DNA of 64,000 nucleotides from an uncultured Candidatus Melainabacteria bacterium (GCA_947525005.1 CANNUY010000001.1:321379-385378), one strand, 5' to 3'. Positions 16,859-27,024 are shown, counted from the stretch's first letter. Notes: a model not told the origin generated them from the letters alone. Numbers and translations: made by a program.

Positions 16859-18121
16859 ATGCAAAGATTTGTTGGTCTTATTGGTATAGTGGTTATTTTG
16901 GCTATTGCTTATTTAATGTCAAATAATAGAAAGAAAATTAATTTTAAAACTGTTGGTATGGGGTTTTTGCTTCAAGTTGCACTAGCAGTTTTTATATTTA
17001 AAGTACCTGTCGGTCGTTTGATTTTTCAATCAATAGGTAGTTTTATAGAAAAACTTTTGACATTTGCTATAGAAGGTGGACAGTTTGTATTTAGTGGACT
17101 TATTAAACCTGATTTTGAAAATATGTTCTGTGGTGGAGCACACATTTTTACATTACAACTTATTTGTTCAAGTATTTTTATGATGATTTTGGTAAATGTA
17201 CTTTATTACTATGGAATAATGCAGAAAATAGTTGCTTGTTTAGGTAAAGCAATGAATAAATTGATGAAGGTATCTGGCGCAGAAGCGTTATGTTCTGTAG
17301 CAAACTCTTTTGTAGGTCAAATTGTTGCACAAATTATGATTAAACCATATTTGAAAGAGCTTACACGTTCTGAGGTTTTGACTTGTATGGCAGGAAGTAT
17401 GGCTTGTATTTCAGGTGCTATGATGCCAATATATATTGGTATGGGTATCCCTGCTGAATATGTTTTAGCATCATCAGTTATGGCGGCTCCAGGTGTGTTT
17501 GTTTTAACAAAAATTATGTATCCAGAAGATAGTGAACCTAAAACAGGTAAAAACATTGATATTGAAGTAGAAAAAACTCACGTTAATGTAATTGATTCGA
17601 TTTCTGCAGGTGCTGCTGACGGTATGAATGTTGGTATTAGTGTTACAGCTATGATTATAGCACTTGTGGCTTTGGTTGCTATGATTGACTGGATTTTAGG
17701 TGGTATTGGTACTTTCTTGTATACAACTTGTCATGTTGGTTTGGCTTGGTTACCTGATTTATCACTTAAATTTATTTTAGGCAAGATTTTCGCCGTATTT
17801 GCTCTTGTTATGGGTGTTCCATTACATGATGTTACTACTGTTGGTGGTTTGATGGGTGAAAAGATTGTGTTAAACGAAATGGTTGCATATATGGATTTGA
17901 CATCAATTCCTGTGGAACAGATTTCAAAGAAAGCATTTTTAATCGCAAGTTTTGCATTGTGTAGTTTTGGTAATATTGGTTCTATTGCAGTGCAAATTGG
18001 TGGTATTGGTGAAATGGCTCCTGAACAAAGAAAGAACCTTGCAGAATTGGGTGTTAGAGCTCTTATTTGTGGTACTTTAACTTGTTATATGTCTGGTACT
18101 ATTGCAGGTATCTTGTTCTAA
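16859..18121 (+). CDS. Concentrative nucleoside transporter, NupC/CNT family
   Basis: 420 aa. The N-terminus (LIGIVVILAIAYLMSNNRKKINFKTV) and overall topology match NupC. Confidence 0.88.
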   Translation: MQRFVGLIGIVVILAIAYLMSNNRKKINFKTVGMGFLLQVALAVFIFKVPVGRLIFQSIGSFIEKLLTFAIEGGQFVFSGLIKPDFENMFCGGAHIFTLQLICSSIFMMILVNVLYYYGIMQKIVACLGKAMNKLMKVSGAEALCSVANSFVGQIVAQIMIKPYLKELTRSEVLTCMAGSMACISGAMMPIYIGMGIPAEYVLASSVMAAPGVFVLTKIMYPEDSEPKTGKNIDIEVEKTHVNVIDSISAGAADGMNVGISVTAMIIALVALVAMIDWILGGIGTFLYTTCHVGLAWLPDLSLKFILGKIFAVFALVMGVPLHDVTTVGGLMGEKIVLNEMVAYMDLTSIPVEQISKKAFLIASFALCSFGNIGSIAVQIGGIGEMAPEQRKNLAELGVRALICGTLTCYMSGTIAGILF

Positions 18122-18141
18122 TTATAATTAAAGTTTTTATT

Positions 18142-18177
18142 CAGGGGTGGACGTTTACGTCCACCCCTGAGTTTTTG
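18142..18177 (+). terminator. Rho-independent terminator
   Basis: CAGGGGTGGACG-ttta-CGTCCACCCCTG followed by TTTTT. Confidence 0.8.
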
Positions 18178-18301
18178 TGTATACAGTTTTGGAATCCTTA
18201 CAAATTTTTCTAGACATTTGGCTAATTTATTTTTAATCTTCAAAAACGATAATAATATTTAAAGAGCACATATCAATTTATTAGTACTACAAGGAGGGTT
18301 T

Positions 18302-19135
18302 ATGTCTGGAATTTTTACGTCACAGGTGAGTGTTTTGAAAGAATTAAAAGATGTTTTTATAGAATTAACTGCAAAAAATTGTAATAAGCGTTGTAAACAG
18401 TGTTATATTGATTTTCCATTAACTAAAAATGTTAAAGATTTTATCAAACTAGATGTAATTAAAAACGCATTATCTGATTTGAAAGATGAAGATTTAAACT
18501 GTATTTATCTAACTGGTGCTGAACCTATGACTCACCCAGATATGAATGCTATTTTGAGGCTATGTTTAAAATATACCAATGTTTGTATTTGTACAAACGC
18601 AACTATGATAAATGAGAAGAAGGCTAGGTTCTTAAAACGTGTTGAAGATGAATCTGAAAACCAAATTTTATTTAAACTTTCTTTTGCACATTATGATGAG
18701 ATAAGAAATGACGATGTTCGTTCTCGTGGTTCTTTTAGACAAAATATGTATGCCTTAAAATGTTTGGATAAATATGAATTCACTAATATAATTAGTGTTG
18801 CAAACTATTATAACGAGCCTGATGAAGTTTTGATTGAGGAGTTTAAATCAAGGTTGATTGATGCAGGTGTTGAAAATGTCGTTTTACAAATAAATAAATG
18901 GAATGATAAAAATAAGGTTGAAAATATTGAAGACGTATCAGGTGAGCTTGATTGTATGTCAAGCCGTACTTTGACAGCAAACGGTGTTTATTCGTGCCCA
19001 TTTTTAGCAAATGATTATAGAGGACGATGTGGTAGTGATTTTTCTAGTTTTTCAAAAACTGTAAGACTAGAAACTTCATATTGTGCAACTTGTATTAAAA
19101 ATAAAGAAAAGATGTTAAGTGTTGATTTTGATTGA
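18302..19135 (+). CDS. Radical SAM enzyme with Cys-rich C-terminal (SPASM/twitch-like) region; function unknown
   Basis: CX3CX2C (CNKRCKQC) at residues ~27-34. GGE-like SAM-binding motif LTGAEPM. C-terminal CX13C...CX2C cysteines. Confidence 0.8.
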   Translation: MSGIFTSQVSVLKELKDVFIELTAKNCNKRCKQCYIDFPLTKNVKDFIKLDVIKNALSDLKDEDLNCIYLTGAEPMTHPDMNAILRLCLKYTNVCICTNATMINEKKARFLKRVEDESENQILFKLSFAHYDEIRNDDVRSRGSFRQNMYALKCLDKYEFTNIISVANYYNEPDEVLIEEFKSRLIDAGVENVVLQINKWNDKNKVENIEDVSGELDCMSSRTLTANGVYSCPFLANDYRGRCGSDFSSFSKTVRLETSYCATCIKNKEKMLSVDFD

Positions 19136-19241
19136 TTTCATTCTGTTATTTGTCGGGTTCAATAAAGTCGTTGAACCCGACCTAAAGTTTGCAAAAACGT
19201 AACTAATTATTTGGCATGTACACTTGCAACCATTTCCAACG

Positions 19242-19268
19242 CAAAAAAAAACTCCTCATTTTGAGGAG
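19242..19268 (-). terminator. Rho-independent terminator for ribD (minus strand)
   Basis: CTCCTCA-tttt-TGAGGAG with a T9/A9 run. Confidence 0.7.
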
Positions 19269-19418
19269 TGAAATTTTCATTTAGGAAGGGTTTTCTCTCT
19301 TTAATTAAACGGAATTTCTTGTTTGTTAACCATTTATTTTTTCATCTTACATGTATATAAAGAGTATATATCCTATCCAATTTCAATAACTGATTAAATC
19401 TTTACAAATGTTCATATT

Positions 19419-20474
19419 CTATTTTGTTTTATACGTAAGTAAAATATCAGAATCTAATTTTTTTGTATCTATAAGTTTAAAATTCTTGCTATCATTGATT
19501 TTTAAAATATTGTCGCCGTCAAAACAAGACCTGCCACTGTTGTCATTTAATATTTTTGGTGCAATAAAATGATATACTTTATCCACAAGGTTTTCTTTGA
19601 CAAATTCTCCACAAAGTTTTCCACCTGCTTCGACAAAGATTGATTTAATTCCTGATGTGTAAAGCTCTTTCAAAATGTAGTTTAAATCTAGTTTTCCATT
19701 TTTTTCAGGGCAAAGCATTACTTCAAAATTTAAAGGATATTCATCAACGCAATAATCTTCTGATGTAACCAAAATTATTTGTCCTTGTTTATAGATATCA
19801 GAGTTCCAGTCTGTTCTCAAATTTCTATCTAATATAATTTTTGTTTTGTGTTTCATTGTCGGATTGTCTGCTATAACTGTGTTTGAGCTTGTTAAGATTG
19901 CATCATAGTATGTTCTTAATTTTCTTGCATAATTTCTTGATTTATCTGATGTAATCCATTTTGAATCACCTGTTTTTGTGGCAATTTTTCCATCTATAGT
20001 TGTTGCAGTTTTTAGTGCTACAAAAGTTCTTTGTTCTTCGATATTAGTAAAAAATATTTCGTTAAGTTCTCGACATTCTTTTTCTAAAACATTTAAAACT
20101 ACTTCAATTCCTGCGTTTTTAAGTTTTTTTATTCCGTTTCCTGCAACCTTTGGGTTGTTGTCAACGCAACCTATAACGACTTTTTTCAAGCCTCTTTCAA
20201 TTATTAAATCAGCGCAAGGAGGGGTTTTACCGTAGTGGGAACAAGGTTCAAGGTTCACAACAAGTGTACCGTCTTTTTCTGAGCCGTCTGTAAGTTTCAA
20301 AAGTGCATCTCGTTCTGCGTGGTTTTCGCCGTATTTGTGGTGATATCCTGTCGAAATTATTTCGTTATTTTTATCTAAAACAACACACCCAACAAGTGGA
20401 TTTGGTGCTGTTTTCCCACGTCCTTTTTTTGCTAAATTTATACATTTTTTCATTAATTTTTCGTAATTTATCAT
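19419..20474 (-). CDS. ribD: Bifunctional riboflavin biosynthesis deaminase/reductase
   Basis: CMP/dCMP-type deaminase zinc motifs (HAERDAL ... PCSHYGKTPPCADLI) plus a C-terminal reductase domain. Confidence 0.9.
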   Translation of the reverse strand: MINYEKLMKKCINLAKKGRGKTAPNPLVGCVVLDKNNEIISTGYHHKYGENHAERDALLKLTDGSEKDGTLVVNLEPCSHYGKTPPCADLIIERGLKKVVIGCVDNNPKVAGNGIKKLKNAGIEVVLNVLEKECRELNEIFFTNIEEQRTFVALKTATTIDGKIATKTGDSKWITSDKSRNYARKLRTYYDAILTSSNTVIADNPTMKHKTKIILDRNLRTDWNSDIYKQGQIILVTSEDYCVDEYPLNFEVMLCPEKNGKLDLNYILKELYTSGIKSIFVEAGGKLCGEFVKENLVDKVYHFIAPKILNDNSGRSCFDGDNILKINDSKNFKLIDTKKLDSDILLTYKTK

Positions 20475-20566
20475 ATTTGTATTTTAACTTAAACAATGAT
20501 AATATTTAAGTGCGATATTTAAAAGTTATTTTTAAAAAATTAAAATATTCGATAGAAAGGGTAAAT

Positions 20567-21229
20567 ATGAAACTTAAATATTTAGGACACAGTGCATTTG
20601 AAATAACAACGGGTGAATACAAAATTTTGATTGATCCATTTTTGGTTAAAGCACCTGATTATGATTGTAGTGGTGTTACAGATATTTTTGTTACGCATGG
20701 ACACGCAGACCATTTAGGTAAAGCTCCTCAGATAGCTATGAAAACAGGTGCTGTTATTACTGCTATATTTGAACTTGCAAAACATTGTTCAAGATATGGA
20801 GTTGACGTAAATGGGATTTCTTTAGGTGGTTGGATAGAATACCCTTGGGGTCGTGTAATTGCAGTTCCTGCCTTTCATTCAAGTTCTTCTGATGACGGTG
20901 CTTATACAGGTTCTCCTGTAGGATTTATTTTTGATATTGAAGGTAAGAAAATTTATCATGCAGGTGATACTTCGCTTAATTCTGAGATGAAGGTTATTGG
21001 AGAAATTTATCACCCTGAATATTCACTTCTTCCTGTAGGTGGTCATTTTACTATGGATATTCCACACGCTTGTATTGGTGCTCAGTGGTTGAATACAAAA
21101 AATGTTATTCCTATGCACTATAACACTTTCCCTCAAATTGAAACAAATATTGATGGGTTTAAGCTTGGGATTGAAAAATTGGGTATGAACCCAGTGGTTA
21201 TGAAAATAGAAGAAAGTATTGAGATATAG
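20567..21229 (+). CDS. UPF0173-type metal-dependent hydrolase (metallo-beta-lactamase fold)
   Basis: MKLKYLGHSAF... and THGHADH motifs. The RBS favours the start at 20567 over the ORF-track start at 20510. Confidence 0.85.
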   Translation: MKLKYLGHSAFEITTGEYKILIDPFLVKAPDYDCSGVTDIFVTHGHADHLGKAPQIAMKTGAVITAIFELAKHCSRYGVDVNGISLGGWIEYPWGRVIAVPAFHSSSSDDGAYTGSPVGFIFDIEGKKIYHAGDTSLNSEMKVIGEIYHPEYSLLPVGGHFTMDIPHACIGAQWLNTKNVIPMHYNTFPQIETNIDGFKLGIEKLGMNPVVMKIEESIEI

Positions 21230-21231
21230 TT

Positions 21232-22086
21232 ATGACAAAAAAAATAGTAATAGCTTTGATATTGACGTTGAGCCTATCTTGTTTAAATTCTTTTGCAGAA
21301 GATGTTGTTCCAAACTATAATGAAATGGGAGTAAATTACACAAACTCAAAAGAATACGACAAGGCGATTGAGTGCTTTACAAAGGCTATATCCGATGTTC
21401 AACGTTCTGCGTATCTTTATTATAATCGTGGGATTGCAGAGTTTTATGCTGGGAAATATGAGCTTGCTTTAAAGGATTTTACAAAAGCGATTTCTTTTAT
21501 GCCTGATAACTCAAAATTCTATTTTAATAAAGCTTTAACCGAAGAAAAATTAGGTAATGATAAAGCTGTTATTTTGAACTGTACAAAGGCTATTTTATTC
21601 GATGAAAAGTGTTATCAAGCCTACGTTACACGTGCAGGAATTTATATAAAACAAAAGAAATTGAATAAGGCTGTTGAGGATATAAATAAGGCGATTGAGC
21701 TTAACCCTGATGATACGCAATCTTATTATAATAGAGCGTTGATTTATTATGCACAAAAAGAATATAGATTGGCTTTAATGGATTTGGACGTTGTGCTTGA
21801 GGTTGAACCGAATAACGTTGATGCCTTAATCAATCGTGCAAGTATAAAATTCATTGTTCGTGATTGTAGAGGTGCAATTCTTGATGGCGAAAAAGCTGTA
21901 AAATTAAAGCCTGATAGCGAATCTGCGTGGTTTAATTTGGGTATGTCATATCTTGCTATTCAAAATTATAAAGATGCAGAACGCTCGTTTGAAAAAGCTT
22001 ATGACATCAATCCACAAAATCGTGAAGCACACAAGTATATGATGCATTCTAAAAGAATGATGATAAATTTTAAAGATGTGGTATAG
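21232..22086 (+). CDS. TPR-repeat protein with signal peptide (possible lipoprotein)
   Basis: N-terminus MTKKIVIALILTLSLSC. Multiple 34-aa TPR units (…YYNRGIAEFYAGKYELALKDFTKAI…). Confidence 0.85.
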   Translation: MTKKIVIALILTLSLSCLNSFAEDVVPNYNEMGVNYTNSKEYDKAIECFTKAISDVQRSAYLYYNRGIAEFYAGKYELALKDFTKAISFMPDNSKFYFNKALTEEKLGNDKAVILNCTKAILFDEKCYQAYVTRAGIYIKQKKLNKAVEDINKAIELNPDDTQSYYNRALIYYAQKEYRLALMDLDVVLEVEPNNVDALINRASIKFIVRDCRGAILDGEKAVKLKPDSESAWFNLGMSYLAIQNYKDAERSFEKAYDINPQNREAHKYMMHSKRMMINFKDVV

Positions 22087-22137
22087 TGGTAAGAATAAAA
22101 CATAGGTCATAATTTTGTAAATTATAAAAGGTGAAAA

Positions 22138-22914
22138 ATGAAAGTTGCAATCGTTACTAATCCGAATATAGAAAAATCATCTGATTTAAGCCATAAGATG
22201 TCTGAGAGGTTCAGGCATGAGGGACTTGAAACAGAGGTTTTGGATATAGATAATTTGAGGTCTGGGTTTGATTTTGTGTTTGCGATTGGTGGCGATGGAA
22301 CGATGTTAAAAACTACACGTTTTTATTCAGAATTTGATACACCTGTTATGGGTGTGAATCTTGGTAGACTTGGTTTTTTGTCTTTAATAAAACCGAGTGA
22401 TATCGATAAATTGGTTGAGATATTAAAAGAAAAACAATATGAAATTCAAGAACGTATAATGCTCAAAGGTACTGGATTAAAGGCTCTTAATGACTTCGTT
22501 ATTAAAGGTTCTACGTGTAACCGTACATCAAAATTCAGTTTGTTTATAAACGGAAACCACGTATATGATTGTATTGCTGATGGGCTTGTTGTTTCAACAC
22601 CTACAGGGTCTACGGCTTATGGACTTTCTGCTGGGGGACCTGTTTTATCTCCAGAATTAAATTGTATGGTTATTGTTCCGATATGTCCTCATACAATGAC
22701 GGTTCGTCCACTTGTTATTCCTGATGATGAAACTGTTACAATAAAAAGCGAGGGAATGAATATTTCTGCTGATGGTCAGCAAAATATAAGTGACTTAAAT
22801 GAAATAGTTATTGAAAAAACAAAGACTAAAGCAAAGATGGCATTTCCTAAAAATGAGTTTTATTCTATTTTGAAAAATAAACTTTATTGGGGTGTATCTG
22901 CAATTTCTGAATAA
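22138..22914 (+). CDS. nadK: NAD kinase
   Basis: GGDGTML motif and the NAD-kinase C-terminal domain. Confidence 0.92.
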   Translation: MKVAIVTNPNIEKSSDLSHKMSERFRHEGLETEVLDIDNLRSGFDFVFAIGGDGTMLKTTRFYSEFDTPVMGVNLGRLGFLSLIKPSDIDKLVEILKEKQYEIQERIMLKGTGLKALNDFVIKGSTCNRTSKFSLFINGNHVYDCIADGLVVSTPTGSTAYGLSAGGPVLSPELNCMVIVPICPHTMTVRPLVIPDDETVTIKSEGMNISADGQQNISDLNEIVIEKTKTKAKMAFPKNEFYSILKNKLYWGVSAISE

Positions 22915-23134
22915 AGGTCAGTTCTTGTAGGGATTTTGAAACAAGTTTTACTACTGTCTATGATAATTTTAAACCGTCATTGCGAACGATTGAACAGTTT
23001 GTAATGTATTAAGTGTGGCAATCCATAAATCAACTGTTATGTAAACATAAAACGTCATTCAGAGTGGTTTGCAAGTACTACTTTAATGCAAGCGAAGAAT
23101 CCCCCTGAACATGTAGAATTATTAATTTATGTTA

Positions 23135-23617
23135 TTACTTAACGCAGGCATGGATATTTCTTGTGTGACAGATTGCAATAGCTATAGCATCAACAGTATC
23201 ATCTAGTTTTGGCAAATCATCTGTGCCAAGCACAAGTCCTACACGTTGTTCAACTTCTTTTTTCTCTGCTCTACCATAGCCTGTCAAAACTTGTTTAACC
23301 TCGATTGGTGTGTATTCTGCAAACGGTACATCATATTTTTGGAGTGCCGTTAAAATCACACCTCTAGCCTCAGCAACAGGTATAATTGTTCGTTGGTTTT
23401 TGAAGAAAAATAGTTTTTCTATTGATGCAAAATCAGGCTTGTATTTTTCGAGTATTACTGATAGGTCGTTATAAATTTCTAATAAGCGTTCGCTATCTGT
23501 CAGGTTTTTGTTTGTTTGGATAGAACCTGATGTTTCTAGTGTTATTTTGTCCTTTTCGTAATTTATTATTCCGTATCCGACAATCGCCATTCCCGGATCA
23601 ATTCCCAAAATTCTCAT
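23135..23617 (-). CDS. ruvC: Holliday junction resolvase
   Basis: MRILGIDPGMAIVGYGII... 160 aa. Confidence 0.93.
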   Translation of the reverse strand: MRILGIDPGMAIVGYGIINYEKDKITLETSGSIQTNKNLTDSERLLEIYNDLSVILEKYKPDFASIEKLFFFKNQRTIIPVAEARGVILTALQKYDVPFAEYTPIEVKQVLTGYGRAEKKEVEQRVGLVLGTDDLPKLDDTVDAIAIAICHTRNIHACVK

Positions 23618-23700
23618 AGTTATAATGATATCATATTTATAAATATTTGCCTAATAATATCGTTTCGTAGTACAATTAAATGACTAAAACTGGGGGAATT

Positions 23701-24951
23701 ATGACAAACGATTTGACTAGATATGATGTAGGGATAATTGGTGGTGGACCAGCAGGTTATACGACTGCTTTCTATGAGGTTTCTAAGGGTAAATCTGTTG
23801 TTCTTTTTGAAAAAGATAAGCTAGGTGGAACTTGTTTGAACAGAGGTTGTATTCCTACAAAAGCCTTTATGCATGTGGCTGACTTATATACTGAGATGAA
23901 GTCTGCCGATAAATTAGGTTTGATGTGTGAAAATATTGATGTTGATTTTGAAAAAGTTGTTGAATACAAAAACGGTGTTGTTCAAAAACTCTTGAAGTCA
24001 TTAGAGTTGATGGTTAAGAACGCTAAAATTAAGGTTGTTAATGCTGAAGCAAAGGTTGTTGCTGATAACAAGGTTTTTGCTGATGGTGAAGAATATTGTT
24101 GTGATGAAATTGTTGTTGCGACTGGTTCTAAACCACGTGTTATAAAAGGGCTTGAATATGACCATGAGTTTATTTTATCATCTGATGATATTTTAGCTAT
24201 GACAAAGTTGCCTAAAAGTATTGTTATTGTTGGTTCGGGTGCTATTGGTATTGAATGGGCAAGAATTTTGTCAGCGTTTGGGGTTGAAGTTAGCGTGGTT
24301 GAGTTGGCAGAACGACTTGTGCCGTTGGCTGATTGGGAAGTGTCAAAACGTGTTGAACGTATTTTTAAGATGAAAAAGATTAAGACTTATTTGTCGACTT
24401 GTGTAGAGAAGATTGTTGATAAAAAAGTTGTACTTTCTAATGGTGAAGAACTTGAACCTGAGTGCGTTTTGGTTGCTGTAGGTAGAGAGGCTGTTCGACC
24501 TGATACGGAATTTGATGTTGAGTGTATTGGTGATGCTTGTGGAGAAATCCAGCTTGCACATTATGCTATGAGTCAGGCAAAGGACTTGGTTTTGGGTATT
24601 CCGTTTGATAAAAAACTTGTGCCATCTGTTATATATGGAACTCCTGAAATTGCGTGGGTTGGTGAGGTTTCTAAGTGTAAAGAAGAAGATGAAAATTATC
24701 AAAAATCGGTTATACTTGTTTCTGCGTTGGGTAAATCTCAATGTGATAATTCTACAGAGGGGTTCATTAAGATACTTGCAAAAGATAATAAGATTGTTGG
24801 TGCAAGTATTGTTTCAAAAGAGGCTTCTTCATTGGTTCAACAGTTGGTTATTGCAATTCAGAATGAGATATCAGTAGATGAGTTGAAAAAGGTTTGTTTT
24901 GCACACCCTACATATTCAGAGGGTATATTTGAGGGGTTGATGAGATTATGA
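23701..24951 (+). CDS. Dihydrolipoyl dehydrogenase-like (E3) pyridine nucleotide-disulfide oxidoreductase; alternative start at 23680
   Basis: FAD fold GIIGGGPAGY, redox-active GGTCLNRGCIPTK, and C-terminal dimerisation HP motif AHPTYSE. About 417 aa, shorter than a typical Lpd. Confidence 0.85.
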   Translation: MTNDLTRYDVGIIGGGPAGYTTAFYEVSKGKSVVLFEKDKLGGTCLNRGCIPTKAFMHVADLYTEMKSADKLGLMCENIDVDFEKVVEYKNGVVQKLLKSLELMVKNAKIKVVNAEAKVVADNKVFADGEEYCCDEIVVATGSKPRVIKGLEYDHEFILSSDDILAMTKLPKSIVIVGSGAIGIEWARILSAFGVEVSVVELAERLVPLADWEVSKRVERIFKMKKIKTYLSTCVEKIVDKKVVLSNGEELEPECVLVAVGREAVRPDTEFDVECIGDACGEIQLAHYAMSQAKDLVLGIPFDKKLVPSVIYGTPEIAWVGEVSKCKEEDENYQKSVILVSALGKSQCDNSTEGFIKILAKDNKIVGASIVSKEASSLVQQLVIAIQNEISVDELKKVCFAHPTYSEGIFEGLMRL

Positions 24952-25826
24952 AAGAAATAACAAAAAGATTACCTGATTATTTGAAACGTCCGATTATTGA
25001 TACTGATAAAACAAAGACGGTTAGACATATATTGAAATCAAAACATTTGAATACTGTTTGTGAGGGGGCAAGATGTCCTAATAAGAACGAGTGTTATCAG
25101 CATAATACGGCTACATTTTTGATTATGGGAAATGTTTGTACAAGGAACTGTAAGTATTGCAATATTTCTACAGCTAGACCTGAACCGTTAGATAAGGACG
25201 AACCTAGACGAGTTGCTGAGGCAGTTGCAGAGTTGGGGTTGGATTATTCTGTTATTACTTCTGTTACAAGAGATGATGTTGAAGACGGTGGTGCTGAACA
25301 TTTCGCTGAGTGCATAAGAGAGATTAGACGATTGTCACCTAATACTAAGGTTGAGATTTTGACTCCTGATTTTAGAAGTAGACATTCTAGATATGAGTTT
25401 AATAAAGAATCATTGGATACTATTATTGAGGCAAAGCCTGACGTGTTCAACCATAATATAGAAACTGTGAGGGGAATATTTGACGAGGCAAGACCTTTAG
25501 GAAATTATGACTTGTCTTTATCTGTGTTGGATTACGTGAAGAAAAATAGTGATATTCCTACAAAGTCAGGGTTTATGATAGGGCTAGGTGAGAGCTTAGA
25601 ACAGATAGAAGAAACTATGAAGGACTTGAGGAGTGTTGACTGTGATATTTTGACGATAGGACAGTATATTAGACCGTCAAAACAACATTTGGAAGTGGTT
25701 AAGTATTATAGACTTGATGAATATGATTATTTGAGAGAAAAGGCTAAGAAGCTTGGGTTTAAAAAATATCAGATTGATCCGTTGGTACGTAGCTCTTATC
25801 ATGCAAAAAAACTCTGCGAGGAGTAA
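24948..25826 (+). CDS. lipA: Lipoyl synthase
   Basis: N-terminal CX4CX5C (CEGARCPNKNEC) and radical-SAM CX3CX2C (CTRNCKYC). The start overlaps lpd at ATGA. Confidence 0.95.
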   Translation: MKEITKRLPDYLKRPIIDTDKTKTVRHILKSKHLNTVCEGARCPNKNECYQHNTATFLIMGNVCTRNCKYCNISTARPEPLDKDEPRRVAEAVAELGLDYSVITSVTRDDVEDGGAEHFAECIREIRRLSPNTKVEILTPDFRSRHSRYEFNKESLDTIIEAKPDVFNHNIETVRGIFDEARPLGNYDLSLSVLDYVKKNSDIPTKSGFMIGLGESLEQIEETMKDLRSVDCDILTIGQYIRPSKQHLEVVKYYRLDEYDYLREKAKKLGFKKYQIDPLVRSSYHAKKLCEE

Positions 25827-25870
25827 ATGAGGAAGTTTTAAAGAAGAATTCCTGTGTATATATAACAATA

Positions 25871-25910
25871 AACGGCTCTTATCTTTACGATAAGAGCCGT
25901 TAGACTTTTT
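25871..25910 (+). terminator. Rho-independent terminator after lipA
   Basis: ACGGCTCTTATC-tttac-GATAAGAGCCGT followed by AGACTTTTTT. Confidence 0.8.
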
Positions 25911-26046
25911 TCAGAGTACTTAACACTTTCTCAAGGTGTCACCCTGTATTTTTATCATTTATTATTTTCCCATTTTGTCAAGTCTATAACAACAGTATTT
26001 GTTATTATCCCCCACCACAAACTTTGCAAGATCTACCGCCACGCAT

Positions 26047-26119
26047 TATGGTATCTTTATTTCAATTTTGCAACTGAAATTGAAATAAAGTGTTGTTATA
26101 AATGTTTTTATTTCAATTT
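26047..26119. promoter_or_regulatory. Operator-like element: perfect 12-bp inverted repeat TTATTTCAATTT-8-AAATTGAAATAA (26047-26078) plus a third half-site TTATTTCAATTT (26108-26119), ~100 bp upstream of the HExxH ORF
   Basis: Seen directly in the sequence. Confidence 0.35.
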
Positions 26120-26208
26120 AGAAAATAAATTGCTTATAAAATACAAAAATCCTTCTTCTTATTTAGTTTTTAATTGATTGAATAGGTATTAGCAAAAAAT
26201 ATTTTTAT

Positions 26209-27024
26209 ATGCTTTTTATAAGTATGGATTTATCTGTATCACCCAACATAAAATTTTCATACGATATCGTAAAAGGCTCTGCTGAAGACAGAAGACGTTT
26301 TGCTGAACGTCTAAATGAACAAATTTATGAAAAAATAGAACCTCATATAAAAAATAACGAACTATCTGTAGATGTGTTTGAAAAAAGTCTTAAGGAAACC
26401 ATTCCTGAACAAAAAAGAATAGATATAATTCCTTTTGAATCTGATGAAGAAGATGTCGAAGGTTGTTCTGATATGATTGAAGCTGATGACGGTACTTTAA
26501 TAGGTCAAACAATTGAAATTCCAATGAAAGATGGTAAAATATCAACCGAAAATTTAGATACAGTTTTTCACGAGTGCAGGCATGTTTTAGATAATTTATG
26601 TAACCCTAAATGCTCTGCAAGAGTTAATAAAATGACAATTGATAGATCAGGTGGTCGTGCGTATAATAATTTGTTAGATAAAGTTTATCATGATGTAGAC
26701 GATTTATCTCCAAAATCAAAAGAAAAAGAGTTGAAAAATACTCGTAAGGCAATAAATGATTTCTTAAAACAACGTCCAGAAAGAACTCACGTAGATTGTC
26801 TTCAAGACCTACGTCATTGTATGGAAACAGAACGTAATGCATTTTCTGATGAGGTAAAGGTTAGAGAAAAGATGTATGAAAAAAATATAAAATTCAGTGA
26901 TGATGAACCCTATGACGATGCACCATTTTTCATGTTTGATGAAAAAATAGAACTCATAAAAAATATGACAGCAGAAATTATTGCCAAACAAAGACGCGAA
27001 CATAAGTTGTCACTTGAGGGATAG
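26209..27024 (+). CDS. Hypothetical acidic protein with HExxH (HECRH) zinc-metallopeptidase-like motif; no signal peptide
   Basis: Long ORF with the HECRH motif. No recognisable family beyond that. Confidence 0.55.
   Translation: MLFISMDLSVSPNIKFSYDIVKGSAEDRRRFAERLNEQIYEKIEPHIKNNELSVDVFEKSLKETIPEQKRIDIIPFESDEEDVEGCSDMIEADDGTLIGQTIEIPMKDGKISTENLDTVFHECRHVLDNLCNPKCSARVNKMTIDRSGGRAYNNLLDKVYHDVDDLSPKSKEKELKNTRKAINDFLKQRPERTHVDCLQDLRHCMETERNAFSDEVKVREKMYEKNIKFSDDEPYDDAPFFMFDEKIELIKNMTAEIIAKQRREHKLSLEG

Noticed and set aside
22915-23134. Possible small RNA in the nadK/ruvC convergent spacer, with a repeated acgtcatt motif and a weak TTATGT/ACATAA hairpin
   Set aside because: The stems are short and AT-rich, with no flanking promoter or terminator signals. 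The support is too weak to call.
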